In this document: piece after piece, positions 10,584 through 19,671 of the stretch | Layout: the number at the start of each line of letters is the position of its first letter | Position numbering within the stretch: the stretch's first letter is position 1 | DNA from: Candidatus Limnocylindrales bacterium | GTDB taxonomy: Bacteria; Moduliflexota; Moduliflexia; Moduliflexales; JAUQPW01 | Direction of reading: 5' to 3' | DNA length: 64,000 nt | Assembly: GCA_035559535.1 (NCBI GenBank) | Contig: DATMBG010000032.1 | Span: forward strand, 62,001-126,000 | Program-made: the position numbers and the translations under genes | The notes under the pieces: model-generated | What the model was told of the DNA's origin: nothing | The model's database searches: none | What the model saw: the letters and a program-made list of their open reading frames with translations, nothing else

Positions 10584-11729
10584 ATGAAACCTCTCAAAGT
10601 CCTTTCCCAGTTCACTCAAACTATAACCTCGAAAAAAATCTTTAATATGCTCATCTTCTTTGTAACATCCCGTTGTAACTCAGTATGCCGAACCTGTTTC
10701 TACTGGGATAGCCTTAACCAACGAGGTGACCTGACCTTTGAGGAGATCAAAAAAATTTCTGCAACCATGCCCGAATTTAGTGATCTCTGGTTTTCCGGTG
10801 GTGAGCCGACTTTGCGGGAAGAGTTGGTGGAAATTACCGACCTGTTTTGTAAAAACAATCAGGTCCGTTCAGTACGAATTCCAACCAACGGGCTTCTAAC
10901 CCATCGCCTAGTACATTTGGTGGAGCAGATGTTTGCCTTAAATCCGGAGATTAGCCTGCATATCAACATGGCCCTGGATGGATACGGTGAAACCCATGAT
11001 CGGATTCGAGGGGTTCCGGGTAATTTCAAAAAAGCCCTGGAAAGTCTTCAGGCCCTTTCTCCTCTCCGCCATAAATATCCCGGTTTCCATCTCTTTGTGA
11101 ATTCCGTTATCTGCAAGGAAAACCATGATCAGCTCATTGAATTGGGTTATTTCATTCGGGACCATTTTGAGGTAGACGGTCATTATTTTCAGATTATTCG
11201 AGGAAATGCTATGGAAACCAGTTTACGGGATGTGCCCATGGAAAGTTTGAAGGCAATTTATCAAAACGCCATGGAACTCCACCGCTATTATTTAGCCCGG
11301 TCTCGACAAAAGCCGGGTTGGTTGCCCCAGTCTGTTTTTAATATGTACTATCTGGGAACTTATCTCTTCACGTATGAGACTCAATTTAACAATACTGATC
11401 ATAACGAACGCTGGAAAATACCGTGTTTAGCAGGCACAACCTCTGCCGTCCTGGATTTTGATGGAAGACTCAGGATCTGTGAACTGCGAGAACCTATAGG
11501 CAATCTGCGGGATTATGATTGTAACTTCCGTCGGCTTTGGGAATCTCAAATCCGACAGGATGAAGTATCTGAAATGAAAAAAGATCACTGTGATTGTACA
11601 CATATTTGCTTTCTGTACAACACGCTTAAGACGAGTCCCAGAGCCTTATATTGGGAGATTCCTAAGAACTACTTTAAATTCAAACGGGCGGGTGAAGCAT
11701 TCTCCTGGCTTCGGGCTTCCCGGGATTAA
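10584..11729 (+). CDS. Radical SAM protein with C-terminal SPASM/twitch-like cysteines
   Basis: CNSVCRTC motif, SGGEP, HDRIRG, C-terminal CLAG...CE...CDCTHIC. Confidence 0.85.
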   Translation: MKPLKVLSQFTQTITSKKIFNMLIFFVTSRCNSVCRTCFYWDSLNQRGDLTFEEIKKISATMPEFSDLWFSGGEPTLREELVEITDLFCKNNQVRSVRIPTNGLLTHRLVHLVEQMFALNPEISLHINMALDGYGETHDRIRGVPGNFKKALESLQALSPLRHKYPGFHLFVNSVICKENHDQLIELGYFIRDHFEVDGHYFQIIRGNAMETSLRDVPMESLKAIYQNAMELHRYYLARSRQKPGWLPQSVFNMYYLGTYLFTYETQFNNTDHNERWKIPCLAGTTSAVLDFDGRLRICELREPIGNLRDYDCNFRRLWESQIRQDEVSEMKKDHCDCTHICFLYNTLKTSPRALYWEIPKNYFKFKRAGEAFSWLRASRD

Positions 11730-11735
11730 ACCTGA

Positions 11736-13028
11736 CTATTTCCCCCAGGTTGCCAACAGACCAAGGGTAGCTGCGAGCATGATAAGGGTTGTTATCCACC
11801 CTAAGATTTTGAGGGGCAAGGAGAGGGTAAATTTGCCCATTACTTTAGGATCTGAGGCCATAAACATCATCACTATGATGATCGGTACGGCAATGATCCC
11901 ATTGATGACTGCGGCCCAAACCAGGGCCTTAATGGGATTAATATGAAAGAAATTCATAACCAGACCGAGGAGCGTTGCAACTGTGAGAACTCCATAAAAT
12001 CCCTTTGCCTCCAAAGGCTTTCGCTCAAGACCCACCGGCCATTTAAGGGCCTCTCCGACTGCATAGGCCGCCGAGCCTGCTAGAACCGGGACTGCCAATA
12101 AACCTGTACCTATAATACCCGCTGCAAAAAGGAGGAAAGCAAAACGACCGGCAACCGGTTCTAAGGCTTGAGCCGCCCGGGCCGCCGTCTCAACATCCGC
12201 TTGTCCCTGGGTGTGAAGGGAGACTGCAGCGGTCAGCATGATGAAATACCCCACTCCGTTGGAAACTGCCATTCCCATATAAGTATCGAACCTGATCCGA
12301 TTCAGTTGCTCTGGAGCCTGCCGGGGATCCTTCTTAAGCGGTCGATCCCCCGGAGTATTCTTTACCTCCTCAACCTCTTGAGAAGCCTGCCAAAAGAACA
12401 AATAGGGACTGATCGTTGTACCAAGTACCGCAATGAACATGGTAATGTTTCCAGGTTCAAAGGAAAGAGATGGTAGGAAGGTTGCCCGAATTGCCTGACC
12501 CCATGGAATAGGGACGACAAAAACGGTGGCAATATAGGAAAATAAAGCCAGGGTAAGCCACTTGAGGTATTTAACATATCGCGTATAAGGTATAAAAATT
12601 TGAAGGATGAGCGAGATTAAAGAGAAAACCAGCACATATAAAAGCAAAGGTCCACCGATCACAAGTTGTAGAGTAGCTCCCATGGCACTGATATCTGCAC
12701 CCAACGTAATGACATTGGCCAGGAAGAGCAAAGGCACCAGGGTATATAGGAACCAGGGACTATAATAATGACGGATGTTTCCCGCTATCCCCCGACCGGT
12801 AACCCGACCAACCCGGGCACTAATCTCCTGAACTACACTCATCAAGGGATAGGAAAATAACATTGTCCATAGCATCCCACAACCGAACTGGGCTCCCGCT
12901 TTAGAATAAGTAACAATTCCACTGGGATCATCATCTGAAGCCCCGGTGATAAGCCCTGGACCCAATTGCTGGAAAAAGCTTTTACCCATCGCTTTGGCTT
13001 TTATCCATTTATTTTTATTCCTGGCCAT
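11736..13028 (-). CDS. Nramp-family divalent metal transporter
   Basis: GPGLITGASDDDPSGI, GTTISPYLFFWQ motifs; multiple TM segments. Confidence 0.88.
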   Translation of the reverse strand: MARNKNKWIKAKAMGKSFFQQLGPGLITGASDDDPSGIVTYSKAGAQFGCGMLWTMLFSYPLMSVVQEISARVGRVTGRGIAGNIRHYYSPWFLYTLVPLLFLANVITLGADISAMGATLQLVIGGPLLLYVLVFSLISLILQIFIPYTRYVKYLKWLTLALFSYIATVFVVPIPWGQAIRATFLPSLSFEPGNITMFIAVLGTTISPYLFFWQASQEVEEVKNTPGDRPLKKDPRQAPEQLNRIRFDTYMGMAVSNGVGYFIMLTAAVSLHTQGQADVETAARAAQALEPVAGRFAFLLFAAGIIGTGLLAVPVLAGSAAYAVGEALKWPVGLERKPLEAKGFYGVLTVATLLGLVMNFFHINPIKALVWAAVINGIIAVPIIIVMMFMASDPKVMGKFTLSLPLKILGWITTLIMLAATLGLLATWGK

Positions 13029-13383
13029 TTGAAAACACCCTCGAAAACAGGCCCTTGACTTTAAAAAAACCTTCCCCCTGGAAGATAAAATAACAGTTGC
13101 TACTATTTTTATATTTTACCATATTTTAAAACAAAACCGTCTCTCTGACGAGGGAAATTTTAACCTAAGCTAGGAGGCAGGTCGATTCGCGGTCATTGTC
13201 TGGGATTTCAAGGAGAAGTCTTCGTCTCAAATCATCTTTTCTTGAAACTTGAAAAAGTGGGGATAGGGTAGGGTATATCCTCTGAAGCTATTTTGCAATT
13301 AAGAGAATTAACGGTTATGGTCGACGAAGCCATCCCAAAATCCGGAAAGGATGGTTTTGCTCAAAGGACCCGGGAGGATGAGG

Positions 13384-13449
13384 TAGGGGGAAGTTTTTGC
13401 CGGTGGGTCACCGGATGGTGTCCTGGCCCTTAGCAAATACTTCCCCCTG
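13384..13449. terminator. Inverted repeat downstream of heme-binding protein gene (terminator-like)
   Basis: AGGGGGAAGTTTTTGC ... GCAAATACTTCCCCCT complementary arms. Confidence 0.5.
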
Positions 13450-13475
13450 GCCGGGGTTTTACGTTTCAGGGTTGA

Positions 13476-14246
13476 CTATTTGCCCAGGGTGCAGGGATCG
13501 CCGTCCGTGCTGGTAGTAGCCGGTGCAGGATCTATAAAGAAAGGAGCTGCGGTCTGTAAGGCAGAAGGAGCCTGATAATCGGATGCAGCGCCTGGTTGAT
13601 CGGCTTTCGTCCCGGCTTCGGCTACGTCCTCATCTTCTTCAACTCCATCTCCACTCACCCCGATGGCACCTACTAAGGTATCATTAATACCGTCTCCGTT
13701 GGAGTCTTTGTATAGAGGAAGACCTCCTGGGAACTGAATGATTCCCCCCACAAATCCTTCTGTTTTTGCATTGCCTTTAACGGCAGGAGCCAGGTTACTG
13801 TTTCCAATCATCCATAGAACGCCTAAAGCAGGGGTCGCTCCGGGATGATTGGTGGCAGTTACTGCCTGGGATAAACATCCAATACTCCGGCTGGAAAGAG
13901 CATTTTCATTACTGCTGAAGGCCCGGGCCGTGTTTGCTTTAGCCCGTGCAATATCAATGCTTCCTGCCCAGGCATCGGGCATAGATCTAAATTCAATGAT
14001 CTTCCCATCCCTATCTACACAGGCAATATGCATTTTCGTGGTTGTACCGGAGGGTACTCGCAATGCAGAAGCTTCAACGTTGGCCTGTGCCTCTGCGGCT
14101 GCTATAATCAAGTCACAATCTGCCTTTGTAAGCTCCACGTGTGGAGCCGCAAAGGCATCTGGAATCCCTGCGGGTGTGATGAAATTAATCAAGAAAAAGA
14201 CAAACAAGAAAAAGACAAAATTGAATATAAATAATTTTGCTATCAT
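13476..14246 (-). CDS. Exported GlcG/HbpS-family heme-binding protein
   Basis: N-terminal signal peptide; IACVDRDG, SIDIARAKANTA, FPGGLPLY, VGAIGVSG, EDEDVAEAG motifs; AGGAGG SD. Confidence 0.85.
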   Translation of the reverse strand: MIAKLFIFNFVFFLFVFFLINFITPAGIPDAFAAPHVELTKADCDLIIAAAEAQANVEASALRVPSGTTTKMHIACVDRDGKIIEFRSMPDAWAGSIDIARAKANTARAFSSNENALSSRSIGCLSQAVTATNHPGATPALGVLWMIGNSNLAPAVKGNAKTEGFVGGIIQFPGGLPLYKDSNGDGINDTLVGAIGVSGDGVEEDEDVAEAGTKADQPGAASDYQAPSALQTAAPFFIDPAPATTSTDGDPCTLGK

Positions 14247-14547
14247 GGCCTTTACCTCCTGGTATTTACTACCTTGTAAAGTTAATCTTGATCCCTCTAA
14301 AGTTGTCTTTACGAGCCCTTGGATATCCCAGGGTAGCTTCCACGAAGCAATCCCTTGAAGTTCAGAGACGACTTTGTTTCTCTCGCTTCGCCCCGGGTTT
14401 CCGGATTCCCTATCTGGACCTATAGTCAGAAAAATAACACATCGGTCCCCTTCACAAACCCCGGCATGTTTTCAGGATCTTAATTCTGCAGAACCCTAAC
14501 GACAAAATATCTCCACCGGATTCTCTGTTCAACTCTCTACGCTTTCT

Positions 14548-14563
14548 TGCATGTTTCAGGCCA
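14548..14563 (-). promoter_or_regulatory. Putative sigma54 (-24/-12) promoter for the heme-binding protein gene
   Basis: Minus strand TGGCCTGAAACATGCA (GG-N10-GC); palindrome TTTTGTCT-N9-AGACAAAA at 14658-14682 about 100 bp upstream. Confidence 0.5.
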
Positions 14564-14916
14564 TGGAACTGAAAAAATCTCCCCTTGATAAAAACAACCC
14601 ATGGATAGGGGATTTTAAAATAGGTCTGTGGAATTTAGCCTGTCCCATTTCCCTCCCTTTTGTCTTTCTAAAAGAGACAAAATACCGGACTTTTTCACCT
14701 GATCCTCTGATTTATTAATGACTTAACGCTTAACTCTGCCGGGAGACAAAATTCTTTCTCATAAAGACATGCCGGAAAGACCGATGGAATATGTCGTTTC
14801 CCCGGACAGGATTCATCTTTTCTTTCTAGAAAGGTTAGAAAGAAAGCCTTCTATTTCCACCGGGAGAGCTCTTTTTAGGAATATCTTTTTTACCAGGAGA
14901 AGACCATTCCTTGCGT

Positions 14917-15777
14917 TTATCCCAGTTCTTCTTCTTTTTTTCCTGCGGCAGGGAAAAAAAGAGGCTGACCGAACTTCTCTACTCCAAAAGTTCTGATCAG
15001 GTCTTGAGCTTCAGGAGAAACCATGAAATCACTGAAAGCTTTAGCTCCTGCTGCATTTACTTTAGGCCACTTCATCGGATTAACTTCGATAACATGATAA
15101 ATGTTTAGCAAGGATTTATCCCCTTGTAGAAGGATATCCAGATTGAGTGTTTTCTTCAGTGCCAGGTAAGTTCCTCGATCCGTTAAAGTATAGGCCTTTT
15201 TTTCTGAGGCAATTCCCAGCGTTTGGCCCATTCCCTGGCCGGATTCTTGATACCAGGCCTGGCCTGCCGGAGTGATTCCGATGCTTTTCCAGAGTTTTTT
15301 CTCTAACTGATGGGTTCCGGAGTTATCCCCTCGGGAGATAAACAAGGCTCCGGTATCGGCTATTTTTTTCAACCCTTCCGAAGCCGATGAAGTGCCTTTG
15401 AGTCCGGCAGGATCCTCCGGAGGCCCTACAAAGATGAAATCATTATACATGACCAGGCGTCGGTTCACCCCAAATCCGTTTTCTATAAACTTCTTCTCGG
15501 CCTCGGGAGCATGAACCAACAACACATCAGCTTCTCCCCGCTCTCCCAGAGCCATGGCCTGCCCTGAACCGACCGAAATGGTTTTTACCCTGTATCCCGT
15601 CTTTTTTTCAAAGACGGGGATTAAGACGTCTAAGAGTCCGGAGTCTTGGGTACTGGTAGTGGTGGCCAGGATAAGATCCTTTTGCTCCGGATAAGGTTGA
15701 GCCTGGGAAAATCCTATGAGAATCTGGAAAATAAAGACTGTAATTAAGGGGAAGAGGAAAGTACGACGTCTACGCAT
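14917..15777 (-). CDS. tupA: Tungstate ABC transporter substrate-binding protein TupA
   Basis: Signal peptide; ATTTSTQDSGLL, GEADVLLVHAP, FISRGDNSGTH, AYTLTDRGTY signature motifs. Confidence 0.9.
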   Translation of the reverse strand: MRRRRTFLFPLITVFIFQILIGFSQAQPYPEQKDLILATTTSTQDSGLLDVLIPVFEKKTGYRVKTISVGSGQAMALGERGEADVLLVHAPEAEKKFIENGFGVNRRLVMYNDFIFVGPPEDPAGLKGTSSASEGLKKIADTGALFISRGDNSGTHQLEKKLWKSIGITPAGQAWYQESGQGMGQTLGIASEKKAYTLTDRGTYLALKKTLNLDILLQGDKSLLNIYHVIEVNPMKWPKVNAAGAKAFSDFMVSPEAQDLIRTFGVEKFGQPLFFPAAGKKEEELG

Positions 15778-15800
15778 AGGAACTTCCTCCTGGAAATATA

Positions 15801-15835
15801 TAAAGCAGAAGCAGGTAGGGATTGCTTCTGCTTTA
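15801..15835. terminator. Stem-loop between porin and tupA
   Basis: TAAAGCAGAAGCA-N9-TGCTTCTGCTTTA perfect 13-bp stem. Confidence 0.55.
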
Positions 15836-15846
15836 CACTTTAAACA

Positions 15847-16971
15847 TTAAAATACAAACTGGGCTTGGAATCGGAAGGCAGATTCTGTCTCCTGGGCTTC
15901 CGATTGAAACGAGACGATATCATAGTTAAACATGAGTCGAACCGATTTCTGTAAATATAGATTAACCCCCGGGGTTATAAGATAAGACGCATCATCGTCT
16001 TTATCTCGATTGGGGTCTGCATAATCAAACCGAAAAAGTGGCTCTATGAAGCTCATCCATCTGTTATGGAGCTCAAACCGATATCCTGCGTTGACTTGAA
16101 ATCCAAATAAGGTAGGAACATCTTGGGTCAGGAATACGTTTGTATTTCCTACTTTGGGTCCCTGGTAATTATCGGCAACATCCAAGTCCGCCTGCACATA
16201 GAGCCCTTTAGTTTTTCCCTGTTCATAAAGGAAATCAATTCCAAAGGCCTGGGCATTGGCCGATTCAGTGGGCGGCAAGGGATTTGAAGCAATTGGAACG
16301 CCTTCGTAGTTATTATTGGCGAAGGCAAAGCCCACATCGAACTTCTTGAGAGGGGAGACGACCACCCGAGCAATTAACTCTTTGCCATTGTCCGTGTCTA
16401 ATCTATTGGCAGGTCCTCCATTGGTAATGCTTAAAGCATAGCGGATGGGCGTTGAGCTTTCGAACTTTCCTTCAAACTGAACCCCGATATCCCGGTTCGT
16501 ATAGTTCAGAATATCCAGTAAATCGAACAGCGCGGTTCTTCCTAAACCTCGGATACGAACCCCCCGCTCAATGGGGAGGTGAGTTGTCGCAGAGAGGATT
16601 TCAAGTAAAAAAAAGGGCCGCTTGTACTGACCAATGCGGATATTAAACCGGGGATCGAAATTAAGGAGTAGGTAGGCGTCTCGGAGTATATCCGTGCTTG
16701 AAGCTGCATCAATCATGATTCTTCCCGATAGCCAATCACTCAGGACGGCATCTGCAGTCAATCGAGCCCTTCGAACTTCAAAAGAGCTGTCTACCTGATC
16801 TTCTACGGAACTGGTGGAAAATTGAAAATGGGCATATCCTCCAATGGTGAGTTTAACTGCTTGATTTGGAAAGATATTAATCGTTGGCTTGGGCTCCTCT
16901 GCAGCCAGAACCAGTAAAGAGGTAATCCATAAAACAACCGGTACAGCAAGGGGAATCCATTTACTTTGCAT
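15847..16971 (-). CDS. Outer-membrane porin (OprO/OprP-like anion-selective)
   Basis: Signal peptide; FEVRRARL, DAY, RIGQYKRPF, RDIGVQ motifs; C-terminal QFVF. Confidence 0.8.
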   Translation of the reverse strand: MQSKWIPLAVPVVLWITSLLVLAAEEPKPTINIFPNQAVKLTIGGYAHFQFSTSSVEDQVDSSFEVRRARLTADAVLSDWLSGRIMIDAASSTDILRDAYLLLNFDPRFNIRIGQYKRPFFLLEILSATTHLPIERGVRIRGLGRTALFDLLDILNYTNRDIGVQFEGKFESSTPIRYALSITNGGPANRLDTDNGKELIARVVVSPLKKFDVGFAFANNNYEGVPIASNPLPPTESANAQAFGIDFLYEQGKTKGLYVQADLDVADNYQGPKVGNTNVFLTQDVPTLFGFQVNAGYRFELHNRWMSFIEPLFRFDYADPNRDKDDDASYLITPGVNLYLQKSVRLMFNYDIVSFQSEAQETESAFRFQAQFVF

Positions 16972-17172
16972 GTCTGTCCTTTTTATATCTTATATTGAGC
17001 TTAACCTGGAGCAGTCTGAAAAAGTACGCGAAATCCTGAGGTCTGTTTTCAAGACTCCCCCGACTAAACTCAATTTGAGCTGTTGACTTGTGAACTATCT
17101 GGGATCGAATTCAGGCCAAGTCGTTTGAATTTTATCCGATCCTACCAACCGCAGGTTGCTATTCCCTATCAC

Positions 17173-17724
17173 CTACTCTCGACCTGCGGGAAGAATCCTA
17201 AGGGTGGTCACCTGCCTCACCCAACGGGCATGACGTTTCTCATCGGGAATAACGATATGTAGAGGCCCTTCTGGAGCCGACAGTGGCCGACCATCTCGTC
17301 GGTCTGCAAGAAGGACCAGACGATCCGTAAATGACGGATCGAGTTCGGGTAATGCAAAAACTACTTGATACCCGTCTGCGGCTTGAACAAGCAAATATCT
17401 GGCAAGCTGTTTACCACGTAACTCCCTGCCGAATTTCACACCTGCAAGTTGCAGAATGTCTACCAGGGGAACTCCTTCATAGGTTGCCTCTTTCCCTTCA
17501 TGATCCCTGACCTGTACCGTACGACGGGGGAGTTTTGCCAAATCAGATTCCTCTAGCCTAAGGGGATGTTCTACTTCGCCGACCACCATCAGAAGGGAAT
17601 TGGCCACAGGTGAATTCGGCTCCGGGGTCTGTCCAACGGCTATAATGGGGTAAAGGAAAATGATCAGACAGATAATAAAACAGGAACCATACAAAGAGAT
17701 AAATTTGAATTTTGTCTGTTTCAT
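17173..17724 (-). CDS. Exported molybdopterin-oxidoreductase-like (Oxidored_molyb fold) protein
   Basis: Signal peptide; YEGVPLVDIL, AADGYQVVF, GPLHIVIPDEK..RWVRQV motifs. Confidence 0.75.
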   Translation of the reverse strand: MKQTKFKFISLYGSCFIICLIIFLYPIIAVGQTPEPNSPVANSLLMVVGEVEHPLRLEESDLAKLPRRTVQVRDHEGKEATYEGVPLVDILQLAGVKFGRELRGKQLARYLLVQAADGYQVVFALPELDPSFTDRLVLLADRRDGRPLSAPEGPLHIVIPDEKRHARWVRQVTTLRILPAGRE

Positions 17725-18803
17725 GGATGGTGCTCTGCCTGGGAAAGAAGAACTGGATAGAATAACGGCTGTCCGAATTTATCTTTCCCAAACTCCTGGA
17801 TAATTCTCTGTTCCTGGGAGGTTAACCAGCCGATTAAAGCCATAGCCATCACATACTTAACCTGAGGATGTTTGAGTGGGTTAACAGCTATGATGCTGTA
17901 GGGGTTGAAGAGGACAGGATCTCCTTCGAAGAGGAGGGCCAGGTTGGACTGTTGTGGGAGGGTTAAAAAGGTACCTCGATCTGTAAGGGTGTAAGCTCCC
18001 TGCTTCTGGGCCATTTGAAGGGTCTCTAACATACCCTTTTTAGTCTCTACATACCACTTACCTTGAGGATTTATCCGGGCTAACTCCCAGATTTCTTTCT
18101 CTTTACAGTGGGTTCCGGAATCATCCCCTCGAGATAGGAAAAGGGCCTGTTGCCTGGCTATCCGTTTGAAAGCATCTACGGCCGTTTTAGCCAGGCTAAC
18201 CTGGGCCTGATCTTGAGGAGGTCCTACTAAGACAAACTGATTGTACATGATATCTCGACGATTAACCCCATGACCCTCTTGAAGAAATCGCTCTTCTAAC
18301 TTCCGGGCATGAACCAGTACGGCATCCACCTGTCCTGCTGCAGCCAACTCTAGCGCCTTTCCGGTACCCACCGGATAGACCTCTACTTTTATGTTAAATT
18401 GCCTTTCAAAGGGTGAAAGCAGGACGGACAACAACCCGGAACTAACCACACTGGTAGTCGTGGAGAGTTTGAGGCGTTTAAATATGCGGGTAAATTCATC
18501 CTGAACAAAATTCTCCACCTTTTCCCTAAAGACCAGATATTTGGAAAGCCATTCTTTACCTTCTGGGGTAAGTCGGCAGTGGGCCTCTCCACCTCCACCC
18601 CATCGCATCTGTACGAATTTAATCCCCGACGCCGCCTCCATTTTTCGAAGTAACCCCCAGGCGTTCCGATAGGACATCTTGCATTGTTCCACGGCTTCCT
18701 TTAAAGAACCCGACGCTTCAATTGCTGTAAGAAGCTTTGCAGATCGATCATTGAGAATGATCTTCCCTCCCATTTCAAGCCAGATATCCGATTTAGCTTC
18801 CAT
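17721..18803 (-). CDS. ModE-type winged-HTH fused to TupA-like tungstate-binding domain
   Basis: N-term LLTAIEASGSLKEAVEQCKMSYRNAWGLL..LTPEG (ModE HTH); C-term STTTS, LVHA, SRGDDSGTH, YTLTDRGTF (TupA); no signal peptide; start taken at ATG 18803. Confidence 0.88.
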   Translation of the reverse strand: MEAKSDIWLEMGGKIILNDRSAKLLTAIEASGSLKEAVEQCKMSYRNAWGLLRKMEAASGIKFVQMRWGGGGEAHCRLTPEGKEWLSKYLVFREKVENFVQDEFTRIFKRLKLSTTTSVVSSGLLSVLLSPFERQFNIKVEVYPVGTGKALELAAAGQVDAVLVHARKLEERFLQEGHGVNRRDIMYNQFVLVGPPQDQAQVSLAKTAVDAFKRIARQQALFLSRGDDSGTHCKEKEIWELARINPQGKWYVETKKGMLETLQMAQKQGAYTLTDRGTFLTLPQQSNLALLFEGDPVLFNPYSIIAVNPLKHPQVKYVMAMALIGWLTSQEQRIIQEFGKDKFGQPLFYPVLLSQAEHHP

Positions 18804-18834
18804 AACTTTCTCAGGGTTCAAAGGGTTATGAAAT

Positions 18835-18854
18835 ATATGCTTTAAAAAGCATAT
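18835..18854. promoter_or_regulatory. Palindromic operator copy 1 ATATGCTT-N4-AAGCATAT
   Basis: ATATGCTTTAAAAAGCATAT about 30 bp upstream of ModE-TupA start. Confidence 0.65.
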
Positions 18855-18928
18855 TAATTTCTTCCCCTCTATTGCTATATAGAAGGTTAATAAAAATCAA
18901 TTATCAAGTGTTTTTTATAAAAAATTTA

Positions 18929-18948
18929 ATATGCTTATATAAGCATAT
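18929..18948. promoter_or_regulatory. Palindromic operator copy 2 (perfect 20-bp palindrome)
   Basis: ATATGCTTATATAAGCATAT. Confidence 0.65.
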
Positions 18949-19286
18949 CAATTCGATCCGAAAATGCCAACCCAGGGCCCCCAGATCAGACCGTTTTTTA
19001 TTGAAATTGAGGACAAAAAACCCAAAGAGGCGGAAGCGGTTAAAAACCTTTACCGACCAGGCTGACCCAGGTGAGTAATACTTTCAAGACGAGATGAAAG
19101 CAGGCATGCGCCCAGAGAATCAAAGAAGATGGACCCTCCGAAACTCCCTTCTCCCGTAGCGTGGGAGAGGGGTCCAGGGCATACGCGCCAGGTTAAGCTG
19201 AAAAACCCTGTCAGGGGCCAACAGGGAGTAGCCCCCGACGCAAGCCAGGGGATTCAGTCATTCAGAATTTTTTTCACGCTCTCAGG

Positions 19287-19365
19287 TGGCGGCCTGTGAA
19301 ACAGGTTGCTCCGCCGGGGTTAATCTTCTTATCCTGGCATGTATAGGGGGTTGGGGGGTGAGGGC
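19287..19365. repeat. Dispersed intergenic repeat, copy 2 (inverted relative to 4139-4215), within a cluster of REP-like hairpins 19100-19370
   Basis: 26/27-nt core match to 4163-4189; neighbouring hairpins CCTTCTCCC-GTAGCGT-GGGAGAGG and CCCCGACGCAAGCCAGGGG. Confidence 0.75.
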
Positions 19366-19623
19366 CCCTTAAACGTTAAGCAAAATAAGGATAACAAGGT
19401 AACAATCAATATACTATAAACCCCTGTAGGGATTTATGGAAAGTAAAACTCACCGGAAACAAAACGATGGAGCTATCGATAGGGAAAAAGAGGACTTTAC
19501 GGAATTTATCCCGAGAAAGAAATGGAGGGGTTTGGAGAGCACGCATCCCATATAACGGTAAATGGGTGTCAATGGGCAGGAGGGCTTTGAAAAGGTTTGT
19601 TTTGGTTACTTTTTAGAGGAATA

Positions 19624-19653
19624 GAAAAAGAAGGGGGAGCGCTGGCTCCCCCT
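19624..19653 (-). terminator. Rho-independent terminator closing the tes-pls operon
   Basis: Minus strand AGGGGGAGC-CAGC-GCTCCCCCT followed by TCTTTTTC, about 20 nt after the stop codon. Confidence 0.8.
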
Positions 19654-19671
19654 GGAGAAAGGTCGTCTACA

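Noticed and set aside
8576-11729. RiPP cluster (small protein plus SPASM radical SAM)
   Set aside because: The 90-aa gene is on the opposite strand, separated by pyk, and looks globular; no transporter or peptidase
16980-17170. Moco/Wco riboswitch upstream of the porin
   Set aside because: Only a vague GAAA stem; conserved motif not recognisable by eye. An Rfam scan would be needed
18872-19670. Small ORFs or ncRNA in the long spacer
   Set aside because: Explained by operators, REP-like hairpins and a terminator; no recognisable RNA family or credible ORF
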